Assembly (NCBI GenBank): GCA_040954595.2
Contig: CM082581.2
Coordinates: 3,898,699 to 3,962,698 of the forward strand
Origin: Balanoglossus misakiensis
Taxonomy: Eukaryota; Animalia; Hemichordata
DNA: 64,000 nucleotides
Reading direction: 5' to 3'
The position numbers and the translations under genes are program-made. This document shows positions 13,640-25,874 of this stretch, one piece after another. Position 1 is the stretch's first letter, and each line of letters opens with the position of its first letter. The notes under the pieces were generated by a model. The model saw only the letters and a list, made by a program, of their open reading frames with translations, was not told the DNA's origin and ran no database searches.

Positions 13640-13653
13640 GCGCCCTCTAGAGA
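13640..13653 (-). promoter_or_regulatory. CTCF-like motif between METTL15 and the Deltex gene
   Basis: Minus strand TCTCTAGAGGGCGC versus consensus CCRSYAGRKGGCRS. Motif match only. Confidence 0.35.
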
Positions 13654-14559
13654 GGCTAGGTGGTGGACGTTGTCTCTTGGGAGTGTCACTCACTGCATAG
13701 AACTAACAACCCACCCCTCTTAGGGGCATTTGATATCCTAAGGTGGTCCTGGAAGATTTTTGAGGAAATAAATTCCCAGCAGCCATCAATGAAAAAAATA
13801 AAAAAAGAAGGAAAGCTTGAATAGTCATGTGAAAGGACCATCTGAAGGTACTTTCTGGCACATATTTTTTATTTTGAGCATTCCATTTTAGGCTGTATCA
13901 GATTTTCAACATTTCTTAGGCCAAGTTGTGGGGAAAGATTACAATGCCATATGTCATGCCTTACAAAGATATACAAAGTATAATCATAGGCAGAAAACAT
14001 AGTAACTTTTTTTTTGTACGGTTCCTCAGCTGTGTCTTCTTCCTGTTAAAGCCCCTTAAAATTTCCATTTAATTTACTCCATTTATGCAATCACCTATAT
14101 GGCTCGTGCATATTTATCATGAATTGTGGCTTTGTCTTGCCACATTTGATGTGGGGCGTCAATACTTGAAGGCATTTTGTCCTCAAACTTGAATGGTGTA
14201 CAAAAATGATGTCTTTCTATCACTCAAATGTTCAAAGTTCTGAAAGTGTGACTTCGTAGTTGAGAAAAGAACATTTGAGTTCTGAAAGTGTTACTTCATA
14301 GTTGAGAGAAGAACATTTGATGATATAATGAATTTATCTTCTACAAAAATCTTATAATACAAATGACACGAACTCTCATTTGGGGACTGCACATTCTCCA
14401 TACTTCAATTTGCAGATTATGGTCACAGATACGAAATTTTGTTATCATCATCATCATCATCGTCCTGCAATTAAAATTGTTGATATCCATCGAGTAATTT
14501 TCAAACGAAAAACAAGTTTTGATTTACATTCTAAACTTTTTGCCAATGATTAGCAAATG

Positions 14560-14960
14560 AGCAGCAAAATGTCGCTGTGAACCCTGGGAATAAATGGGAA
14601 ATCCCCGGCACTGTGTAAGCTCTTCCGGGTCACAAGGCAACTTTACATATCAACAGCACTGGAGGAAAAGGAGCGAGGGGTTTTTCCGGGGGAAAATGGT
14701 AGTTTTCTAACCGGAGAAGATTCACATGACAGGTAATAATACTATAATCTGCTAAAGAACGCTAACCCGACTTACAGATTTCGCAAAAATGTCGATTTGT
14801 TCAGGTGTGCTGTAACTAACTTGCCAGGATTCAGTCGTCATGTCGGCGTCGCTATGACGCGCGCTGGTAGTGGTAGGCGTGTATGGTCAAGTTCCTATTC
14901 TGCTGCTCAGGTGAAACAATGATCGTGTTTGTTTATACGACCGTGCCTTGCACGTCGCAG
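14560..14960 (+). promoter_or_regulatory. Probable promoter and non-coding first exon of the Deltex/macrodomain gene
   Basis: Local CpG enrichment, TTCCGG ETS cores, a kB-type GGGAAATCCC at 14596, and candidate donors at 14733 and 14911. The ATG exon at 21928 is preceded by an acceptor (ttttttcttccag, 21903) that implies an upstream exon. Confidence 0.45.
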
Positions 14961-15421
14961 TTGTACGTTTGTAGATTTTAACTACAAAGTAGTATTGAAT
15001 GTATGTAGTTCTACTTATGCATGCAAATTTCACAAACAAACGTCAGATTTTTAACGTGCAACAAAACAAACACCAGAAACGACCAGTCTAGTTTGAACAC
15101 CACGATTGCTAAACAAACCTAGCTAACGTGTGGGGGCGGGTATGGCTGTATATTTTTGTATCATAACATTTGATGTTGATAGTCATTTCTTGAAATTTGA
15201 TGTGATGTGGTATTTGGGGAGCAAGTTTGGACATGTATGATGAGTGCGATGGTATGTACTTCGAACGGGTCGTCGATATGACACTGTTTATCTATCGCCG
15301 AATGAAGTAACAGTATTCCTCAGTAAAAACCAGTTGATCAAAATTTAATCAATGTAGCATTAACGTGTACATTTCCAAACTAATGGGAGAGATTAAGAGG
15401 TACAGTGTGCTAGGGGAGTTG

Positions 15422-15422
<1 letters not shown>

Positions 15423-15457
<35 letters not shown>

Positions 15458-15500
15458 GTCAGTCAGTCAGCCAGCCAATCAATCAATCAATCAATCAATC
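15423..15500. repeat. (TCAA)n/(TCAG)n compound microsatellite
   Basis: Read directly from the sequence. Confidence 0.95.
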
Positions 15501-18500
15501 CAATAAACATTTATAAAGCACCAGAATCAATAACAATGTTATTTTTAAAGGCACTGAAAGTTACCATCAGTGTTCAGAAGTGGGGACAGATGATGTACTT
15601 TTGATAGAAAAAGTGGCGTATTATATTTGCCATCTACCCCAGGTTTATATTTGTAGAATGCCAGCTGAAGCCTAGAATAATTGTTGATGAAGTCAATATT
15701 CCCCTCTCTGTAGTCATTGACTACTGTATACCGAGTATATAGAGATCCAATCATACTTTGTCAATTCTGCTGCTTTGGAATAGGGTGTTACTTCGGGCTG
15801 GGGGGGGGGGTCAAATCACATTATAATTAATTGCACTCTGTGATGTTTATTTCAGATACCAGTGTCCTGAATTATGCACTTTGCAGTATCTTGGTAATAA
15901 CGATAATGAATAAAACTAAGATAAATTTTTTTATGGCTACGTACTCTTGACCTTCACTTTGATATCAGAGATGCTTTTTGTGATAACCTTGACCATGAAA
16001 TCCACTTGTGTTGCCCTTTTAACAATCAATCTCCGCAGAGCAATTAAAGTGTGTTTGACACGGCTCTCTAATTTTGGCTACAACATAACAATTACTGGTA
16101 CTTCTGTTGCTATGCACATGAGCCACAATTATGTGACAATAGCACAGGCTATCAGAAATTCCATTGCAATAAATCCACCGCTCTTTAAAACAGTCGAGAA
16201 TCAGGAACATTTTTGAGGTTTGTGGAGTTTGTATGGATAGAATGCATCTTTATGCAGTGTTAGAACTTGATATATAAACTATCAAAGATTATAAAATTAT
16301 CAGCAATTCATATAGTATCACCATCTGAATTATCCAATAATCAGAAAGGTTTCGGACACAAGTCAAGTTATGTGTAGGCCTTTTACAATGTAAATTGCCA
16401 AGTGATTTCTTGGGTGGACAGCAGTTGCATGTTGGCTTATGAAATTTGCCTACCTGGTCTAATAAGACTGGTTTGGTAAAAACCCACTGCCCTTTCAAGA
16501 TATTTGGCTTGATAGGGAAGTTTGGGTCTACCCTGGAACTTAACAGCCTGGATCTGTGAGGACAGTGTAGATTTGACTGTACACATGAGACAAAGTCCAT
16601 TGGTCATCTCCCCTATCCCAAGGGGATTTCGCATCTTTACAAGGCATCAGGATTAACTTGTACTTGTAGTCTATCAATGTCTTGGCTCTAAGGTTAAATG
16701 GTCTGATTTGTACCACATGCAGTTTTGTGCTGGGACTGCATGTCTTGGCTCCTGGCAATGGTGCAAACAATATTATGTTTCTCAGTTATTATGGATTGTA
16801 TGACAATGTATCAACTTGATCAGGTTGTGTTGCTGGGATTCATTTGACAGTGCATTACTGAAAGAGCCAGACATTATTAGTGGTATGTCATCTGTTACTA
16901 ATTTGGTTTGCTTGTGGGTGAGGATCGCATGTCGGACATCGACTGATGTTGGCTGGATTTTGGCATTTTGAGGTGTGGGTCAGTCATGTGACCTGTTCAG
17001 TTACTTGGTCCCTGTCATTCAGTGGCATAACGTATATGGTTGTTGACACAAACATGATGGGGTAACGTTGAAAACATAGCTTGACTGACTTAGCCTTCAT
17101 GCTTAAATGGTAAATTGGAATGGACTGATTTGGACGGGAATATACATCATCATACATGTACAGTAGTCAGTACTGGTAGTGGTGTAGCAGGGCTGCCCGT
17201 GGCTAGCAGTAACAAGTATCACTGCATGTCACGACAACATAAAAAACGTTGCCGTTCCCTACATCTGATTTTAATCAGATTGTGATAAGATGTGATTGGG
17301 TCACATCTACTAATAGGAGGAGACACACACATGGTTCACCCCGAGTGCAGTGATCAAGTGATGAAATGGGATATTTCTATGCAAATGTGACAAGTGTTTT
17401 TCACGTGCAGTAGGGAAATATAAGGAAATCCATGTTCTGAACTTATTTTGGAATATCCAATCATTTTCTGATTTTTCCTTTTAATCTTAGATTTCTTCAA
17501 CAGACATACATGTAAGTGTTGCCATCATCTTGATGCAACTATAGGTATGATTTATGCCTTCAGGTCAAAGTTCACAAGAGATATTTCTTTTTAAAAGCTT
17601 GCTAACACAAACATGTCCCACATACATATAATAGAGTGTTGCAACAAATGATCATTGTACTCAATGGCAAAGTACAACCATTCTTTTTGTTTATAAAATA
17701 TATCCCCTTCCTTCTTGCCCATTCTGTTCTCCCCCCCCCCCATATGAAACCAAAAGTGAAAGTAAACCCAAAGCTACATTATAATGATTATATACATTTC
17801 ATTTTGTGTTTACAACAGTGTTGCCATTTGCTGCTTGAAACAGGTTGGAAGAAACCAACTGAGAAGAGATAATGTAACAGTACACCAAGAGAGATTTATT
17901 TTAAACAACCGAAATGTTATACAACGATGGAAACAAGCTTTTGTAATTTCAGTCACAATCTGGTACAAATTCAGTGAATCCTTTGCATCAGATGTACATT
18001 GTATAGCGTTAGTTTCACTTTGTATGTTTTAATCAACACATCTCCCTCAGAGTAATGTAATCAGTTTGCAATTGGTTTCTTATAACTGGAGTTAAAAACA
18101 CTTCTAACATTTTCAGCAAAATTATTTAGTCAAATGCAGACTGAAATTCAAATTTTCAAAACAACCACAATAATTTTCAGTTTCAAACAACTGCACTTCT
18201 CTTACATGAAACTTACCAATGTAGTAACACAGCAATTTGACTGAGATATGCCAGTTGAATGAGTAAACTTAAAAAGCCATTTTTAGTACACTCAGTAAGA
18301 AAATGCTATAAATCAGCCTTACTCCTCAATAGCATGATCAATAAGATCAGGTAGGTCAGTCCTGTGGGTTTTTATTTTGTATTATCAATGCCAAAGTTTA
18401 TTGTGGTTTACACACAGACTTTGATAAATTTGACCATCCTTGTCAGACCACTAAGCATGAATAAAACCACCTCTGCACAAGGTACCACACATTGTGCAGA

Positions 18501-21033
18501 GTTTTGATTTCCCTCCTGTGCAGTGTATGTAGATTTTCAATATTCACATGTATACATCGTGGCTTATATGGATTTGTGGTATTGGAGATCAAACAATGTG
18601 AAGCAGAATCACAGAAAAGGGATTAGACCATAGTCATAACATTTTATGTTTCTGCACCCCACCTCTCCCCCAAAACAACTTTAAAGTTAGGTTGTAATAA
18701 ACAACTTGAAAATCCATTTCATATTTATAATAAAATACATGTACGTAGATAATTATACATTGTATGTTATACTTGTACAAAGTTGTAGCTTTTTTCACCA
18801 ACATTTGTGATATCCTTGAATTTAAAAAAAATTGCTTAATTTGAAATCAGATATTGCCAATCTGTTGTTGATACCTAAGATAACTTTTGAAACTATATTA
18901 CAAAAAAATTATATGTGTTTTAGTGAAATCCATCAAATAACTGCGTGTGCAAGGACATGAAACATAGAGTTTGGATAGTGTGGCCTGACTGTCTTATGTT
19001 CACCTATCATGCCTATGCTTGCATGTACAATCTTTGCATGGGGTAGCGTTGCTGCTTAGATTTTTCCTGTGTGGTATGTCTTAGCAACCTGTATTTATAA
19101 GGAGTTGGTTGTAAAGATTAAGTTGCGGACTACTGGTATCAGATGTTTAGGAGTTGTGTGTTCGCCTTTTTAACTTTGTAAATTTATACATTGAACTGTT
19201 AGGCATCGCATTGCCAGGTATTTGCAGGCTTCACTTAGTGTGTTAAACTCGGGTAGTTTGTTAATTGACACTATCAACAAAGTCAACAAAGAACAGGGAT
19301 TGATAGCTATCACAGTTTTGTGTGAGTAGATTGGTATCTGAATGGATGTAAATTACACTTGAAATTGACACATACTAGCTTGACACATTGAATTCCATTC
19401 CATTAATTGTAAACTAAGTGTCAGTTTTCTGCCATTGTGTATTGTTGCCATTGTTGATTTCAGTGTGCTAGATTTGAGATAATTGCCTCTGGGTTATTGT
19501 GTTTGCATGGGTGTCAACAAAGAGCAAATGATAGAAAAAAGCCATTAATGATTGAAGAAGAAACTATTAAACTTCAATCAGTCTGTTTACTACAAAACAT
19601 ATGTTTGAAATGTCAAAAGGGCACCAAATAATTAATGATTCCTGTATCAAAGCTAGTTCATTTAAACATTTATTTGCAAGGAACTTGTTCAATTAACTTT
19701 CTTTTCAATTTTTCCTTTGGGTATTAATAATAGAAATGACAACAAAAAGTTAAGTGTCAATGTAAATGTGGAGCATAAAACAACACCCTAGTTAAAGTTT
19801 TCTCTATTTCAGCATCTAAAAGTTAGGAAAAACATTCATTTAAAGTGTCAGATTTCCTCTTTCTGACTTCAATGTTTAAAAGTTGAATTCTTAATTTCTA
19901 GGCAGAACAAGAACATACATTGTAGCAGTGAAAATTGAAACAGATTTGAACCCAATAGTATACACTGTGTGAACTGATGTAATCAATACAAGGGGTGGGG
20001 TTGTGATCAGTTATGCCAGTCAGTTGTGTTCTTGTGTCACTTGGGAGTATTTTAAAAAGTGAAGAAGGATTTCAAAAATTAGTGTTAGAAAGCCTAAATT
20101 TTATTTGTAAAGATTGTAGCTATGTTAGCAGTTTCATGTTTTGCTATTGGAATGCACCTGGTAATTTGAGTAACGTTTGCACAGAGCATGTCAATGGTGC
20201 CTGGGCTAGATGCAATGTGGTGGGGGACCTCTGTAAATACACAGTTGTATGCACTTGGTGTGTCTGAACATGCTTTATGACATAGAGTTAGTGACTGTGA
20301 GTGGCTTTTTGCTGAAGTAGGACTATGTCAAGAGGTCAAATGTGACAATAGCTCAGACGTTGAACACTTACATGCAGATTAGGTAAAGATGTAGTAGCTT
20401 TTATCCAACTGCAAAGTGACCAATGTTGCATGGTTGGTAGTACTCTGTTGAGAGGATTGTTAGTCAAGAGATAGCGAGACTCCAACACGAACCCTTGCAT
20501 GTTATAGTGTGGTATGTAGACAATACAGGTACATGTAGGCTCTTGGTCTATTCCTTTATTTGTTGTCTAATTTTGATTTCAGAAAAAATAATGACAACAA
20601 ATTACATGTTAAGATGGAGTAATCTACAAATCGAATTTCTCAATGAATATTTATCTATTGTTTGTTTTTGTAACTGTTAAAGTCAACTTACAATTTTCAG
20701 AAATCTTGTGTCACATCCCAGTAGACCTGCAATACTGAGGAGACCCAAGGTCTTTTCCTGTTGTGATTACCAAACTACACTAGGTGAATGGTACAAACAG
20801 GCTACTATAAATTTTAGACATGTAAAAACTTGCACTGACTCCACCTATATTGGATCTGTGTGGGAAATTCCCTTTGAACGAAGCAAATTTCTAAAAGTTG
20901 TCTGTCAATTTGAAACAGTAACACCAAATCCTGTTTTTCATACACAAAATGTGTGAAAATATGAATTGATACAAAAGACAATGAAGTGAAGACTTTCTAT
21001 TGTTTTTTGAATTACCGGAAATCATGTAGTTAA

Positions 21034-21533
21034 AGGCACGTAAGCTGCAACTTTTGGGATAATTTTCATAATTTTTGTTTCACACTGCACTACCATTAGT
21101 CCATGCAGATGAAGGCAGTGAACTATACACAAGCATTATAAACCCTAAACAGAGTGCATATGCAAGTTTTAACCAGATAAATAATAAAGCTTTGCCGCAA
21201 GCGATTATGGCCGCCACCGTGGGAAAATGCAAGAAACAACGAAAATTTTGCATTTCCGGTTATGAAACTTCATAAACAAATCATGATCTAATCCACTTGA
21301 GCTCATGGAAGTATATGTACACCGCTGAGACATATTTTCCTTTTTCATAGTAATATTGCACTTTTTTAAAAATTGCAGGAATTTTCGTTTTTCTTTAATT
21401 TTTGGCCATTTTGTCATACATAAGTGTTGATCTTGATATATTATCATGAAATATCATTCAATAGACATAATTTAAAGCATATATGAGATTATTTAAAACT
21501 TTAATTTTTTATCCAGTTGCAGCTCATGTGCCT
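21034..21533. mobile_element. 500 bp non-autonomous DNA transposon with TTAA TSD (Kolobok-like AGG...CCT termini)
   Basis: ttaa|aggcacgtaagctgcaact ... agttgcagctcatgtgcct|ttaa, a 17/19 TIR match. Confidence 0.75.
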
Positions 21534-21927
21534 TTAAACTGTGTATATTGTACAAATGTCTATCTTTGATGACTCCAATTATTTTGTTTTATGTTGTTTA
21601 GTAGTTTAGCATTACAAATGTAACAGAACAAAAAAGTGGCATAAGTTCAAAAAAAAATTAAAACTTTTTATTTTTTTATTTTTGGTGTGTAAGGACAAAC
21701 ACCTTATTTCTTTGTCTGCTTTTGGCAAAACCTTGTAATCAGCCCATCAGCACAACCTCTATGTTTCAGTGTACATGTACAACTATGGTGATACAAAAAC
21801 AAAATTAAAATGTACACGTTCACTTAATTGGGCTTTGGATATTCACACAGAGTCTCTCTTCTCATTTGACAAAATGTTGACATCCTACGTTTTTTTCTTC
21901 CAGAGACATCATTGAGTTTCTGACAAG

Positions 21928-22102
21928 ATGGCGCACAGGAAGACAGTCTTGGTGTCTGACATCCCCTCGGACATTACCCGAGAACAGCTGACTATTCATT
22001 TCCAGCGGAGTCACAATGGAGGTGGTGATGTTAGTAATGTGGTTTATCCTTTGAGTCCAAGTCGACCACATGAGGCAATGATCACCTTTGACCTGGAAGA
22101 AA
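21928..22102 (+). CDS. Macrodomain-containing Deltex E3 ligase (DTX3L/PARP14-like N-terminus), coding exon 1 of 6; RRM-like domain
   Basis: KTVLVSDIPSDITREQLTIHFQRSHNGGGDV...AMITF matches the PARP14/NMI/DTX3L-type N-terminal motif (L..YFQ....GGGEV). Phase-1 donor A|gtaggt. Confidence 0.85.
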
Positions 22103-22987
22103 GTAGGTGTACATTTGTGTTGTTTACAATTTCCTTGAAAGTTACAAAATGCACATTATCTTCTGATATTATTGTTTCAAATGAGTGTTGTAACTTGTAT
22201 GTTGGAAACTTTCTGATTTATCCATGGTTTAGTCCAAACTCATTGTTTTCTATGGTAGGGTGGGACCTCTAAAGAGGGAACTACATGTAGGGGTGAAAGG
22301 GTTAAAGACAATAGCACCGTACATGTACATGTATATATACTCTCAGTAAAAGACTGTGTCATTACATTTACTCAAGTTTGAGAATTGATGACATTTTACT
22401 TACATTGTACATGTATGAACGACAATTATAATACCTTGCCTTGCATTGTAACAAAACAAGACACTTCCATTGGTGTATTACTTAGTGCCATGTGAGTGAC
22501 TATTACTGGATATATGGGTCATTTTCTGAGCCCATAAACATTACATTTACAGATATCCATTAATATTTGCAAAATACGGCCTAAACCATGAAAGGAAAAC
22601 CAAGTTCATGGTGGGCTCTGCCTCATCTATTGATTTTTAATAGGCTACCCTCTCTCTCTTGCTCATGAAAATGTCAATGACGTTTATTCCTTCATTTGAT
22701 TTTCAATATGATCCAATTATAGCCTCTTGGCAGCTATTGTATTACCTTTTTACCTGTCTGGAGCTATTGTTCAGATTTGCCTGTACCTTGACCTACAGAT
22801 ATGTACATTGTATGCAAAATGTAGGGGACGACACTTGTTGTATCTTTTGACAGTTTCGATATCAACAGCAACATTGTGCAAAAACTGTTCAACATCTAGA
22901 GGGCACAACATTTTAAAGATGGAGAATTTATTAACCACTATGCTGTTTAATGATAATTTAATTAATGAAGTCTCTGATTGGTTTCAG

Positions 22988-23061
22988 TTTGTCACAGGGT
23001 TCAACACCAAACACAGATAATAGATGACAAATTGGTGAAGGTCAGACCATTGCCACATCAG
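22988..23061 (+). CDS. Deltex/macro gene coding exon 2
   Basis: tttcag|...CHRVQHQTQIIDDKLVKVRPLPHQ|gtaagt. Completes the RRM-like domain and keeps frame. An alternative in-frame donor/acceptor pair (22106/22998) also exists. Confidence 0.75.
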
Positions 23062-23192
23062 GTAAGTGTACAGCATTTGATACTCCTTTGTTATTGTTTG
23101 ACACGCAGTGGAAGGTTGACTATTCTTTTTGTTACATAACACGTTTATTGGACAAAATGATAATTTGACTGTCTGATTTTTTATTTCTGTAG

Positions 23193-25299
23193 GTTTTCAG
23201 TCGTGTGGAGGCTGTCATTGATCATGATGCTTTGATGGCGATACCTCAACATCAACTTCGTCAGACGCTAGACAAGATAGAAGACGAGACAGGGGTAGTC
23301 TGCCAACTCTTAAGTCAGAGTGGAAAGACGGGATATTCCTATTCCTGCTCTGGCAATTGGATACAGGTGAAGACAGCGGAGAAGGTGCTGCAGAAGTACT
23401 GTCTGGAACCCCGAGACAGGCACGGTGCCGGCCAATCTGCCAGGAATGGGGATCTGGGAGACAGAATTGTGAGGAGTGACATGAATGGGTCCGTCTCCAG
23501 AAGTGAACTTGATGATGCGCACAGTAGACAGAACGGTCCGGAGAGTTTGCAGAATGGCGTGGATTCCGACGTGGCGTTCCACGGATTGCCGCGTGGGAGA
23601 TCACGGAGAGGAAGACAGGGCCAGGATGTTGTCAGCGATGTTCACGCGTATCCATTCACAGACAGATTGTCAGCAGACAAGGGATACTCCAGTTTGCCTG
23701 ATGCTAGATCGATGGATGGAAGGTCGTCAAGACACGTGTATGCTGACTCAGATACTGGCAGGGCAGCGAGTGAGAGCAGACATACCAGGTTGACAGACGG
23801 TCGATCAGCGGAGAAACGATCAGCGGAGAAAGCACCTTCAAGAAGTAGACGAAAGGATTATGACAGAGAAAAAGCCGGAGAGATACCGGGGTATGGAGAT
23901 GGGATGAACGAGGTTGTTGAAGATCAGCGTGACAAAGCATCAGACAGACCAGCACCGAGACGGGGTAGAAGAGAACGTGAAGAAAATGACGACAAGCTGG
24001 CCAATCATCTTCCTGAATATGCAAACGAGCTATTACGCAGTCGTCAAGGAAGAGCACCATCCACCCCGGATCAAGCAAAAGCCGAGACCAGCCGGAAATC
24101 TGAGGAGGCCCGGAATGACGTGGAATCATCCCCGGAGCAGCATGGTGCACAAACCAATGGTGATTCACTCGTGGATGATGATTACACAGGTGACTTGTCT
24201 AAAGGAGCCAGTGTTGAAACCAGTCCTGTCGCAGTCGATATCGACCTCTACATGTTCATGAAACATACCCAGAGTAGACGACTTGACTCCATAGAGACAG
24301 ACTGTGATGTGAAATTCCAGTGTGACGAGAGTGCCGACACTGGCATTGTAACCATTGTACCGAACTCACGGAAAACGATTCCTGAACAAGTGCAGCTAGC
24401 AAGAGATCAGCTGATATCCATTTATGAAAATCTATACCAGACCATTGATAAATCTGATTTGCATATACCAAAAGGGTTGGATGAGACCAAGGGAGAAATG
24501 GCCGCTGAAGATACTAAATCGAATTTCAGTAACGTCTATATCAAAAAGGAAGGACCTGAGCACTATGCCCTCTATGGTGACAAAGATTCCGTGCAGTCGG
24601 CTAAGATGCATTTCCTTACTTCTTTGTGTAAAGTTTTGGAGATTCCATCCATCCGTAGAGAGAGAGAAAGAGAGATTGATAGTGGGCAGCCACACAGACC
24701 ACAGCCATCCTATGAGCTTGAACCAAGCGCAACATCTGAGCCCGCTCCATTGGAAACAGGGGGCGGCAAAGAAGAGGAAGTGGTAGAAAACGGAGAAGAG
24801 ATAATGCGGAGAGAACCAGCCGGGGAGTCCGAGCCTGAAGAGACAGCCACAAAGTCAAGACGGAAGCACAGCATCACTGTACTGAGTAACAACTCCAGAG
24901 AATTGACATTCCTCACTGAAAGCAACGTCAAGACCAAAGTCTACAGTGCCGACATCACCAAACTCCCTGTGGACGCTATCACTAATGCCGCTCACGAACA
25001 GCTGATCAACACTGGTGGGGTTGCCTATGCCATCCGCAAAGCAGCAGGTCCGTATTACCACAGACAGTGCGAGGAGTACATCGACAACCATGGACCTTTG
25101 TACGTCACTGAGGTGATCCACACCAATGCTGGTATACTGCCGTGTAAATATGTACTTCATGCAGTGGGACCCAGATGGGAAGATTTCAAGAATAAGAACG
25201 AGTGTATAGAAACTTTGACAGCAACCGTTGTCAACTGCTTCAGTCATGCAAATGATTTGCTACTTTGTCAGTCATTGGCATTGCCACTCATCAGCTCAG
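23193..25299 (+). CDS. Deltex/macro gene coding exon 3: KH-like segments, disordered linker, N-terminal part of the macrodomain
   Basis: 2.1 kb open frame with SADITKLPVDAITNAAHEQLINTGGVAYAIRKAAG...T.AG.LPCKYVLHAVGP...SLALPLISSG. Donor TCAG|gtatgt. Confidence 0.93.
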
Positions 25300-25630
25300 G
25301 TATGTGGAGATACACTTCAATCATATTGAAAGAGGGTGACTTGGTCTGGCTGATTGGGTTGTATGTTTCTTATCTATGATTGCTGTGCCCAGCATGATGC
25401 CCTGTCAATCTACACTTAAGATTTCTTTAAAACAATCATATTTTTTGAGGTTTCATAAAAAGCATGTTATTGGAATCATGGATGTTGAACTTTTCAACTG
25501 TTTTGTAACGCATGACTTTTCAAATAGAGTTTATTAGCTCATTTGTTTACACTCAAGTGAGCTGATGGCGTACTGATTTCTGTGTGTGTGTATGTGTGTG
25601 TGTCTCTCTCTGTCTGTTTACACGATATTG

Positions 25631-25781
25631 CCTTATTTAACAGTGCCAAAAAGGGTCATGCGACCTGCTGTGCGACTCGCACAAAGTCAAAGAAAGGGGT
25701 CCGGTGATCGATCGCAAAGGGCATCTGCGACTCGTCGCACTATCGGTCACAGTGACTCTTTTTTGGCCTGATTAAATACCT
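25631..25781. mobile_element. ~150 bp imperfect hairpin MITE in the intron that splits the macrodomain
   Basis: tatttaacagtgccaaaaagggtcatgcgacc versus ggtcacagtgactcttttttggcctgattaaata. The 8-mer cgatattg flanks both sides (25623 and 25782). Confidence 0.55.
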
Positions 25782-25874
25782 CGATATTGGTAATTGATAA
25801 ATATTTTAGTCACACTGTCTATTGTGAGGAGGAACTCACTGTGTATTTTTCTTTTGTTTTGTTTGTGGATTCAG

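Noticed and set aside
14237-14320. Tandem ~42 bp duplication
   Set aside because: A simple two-copy local duplication with no sign of function.
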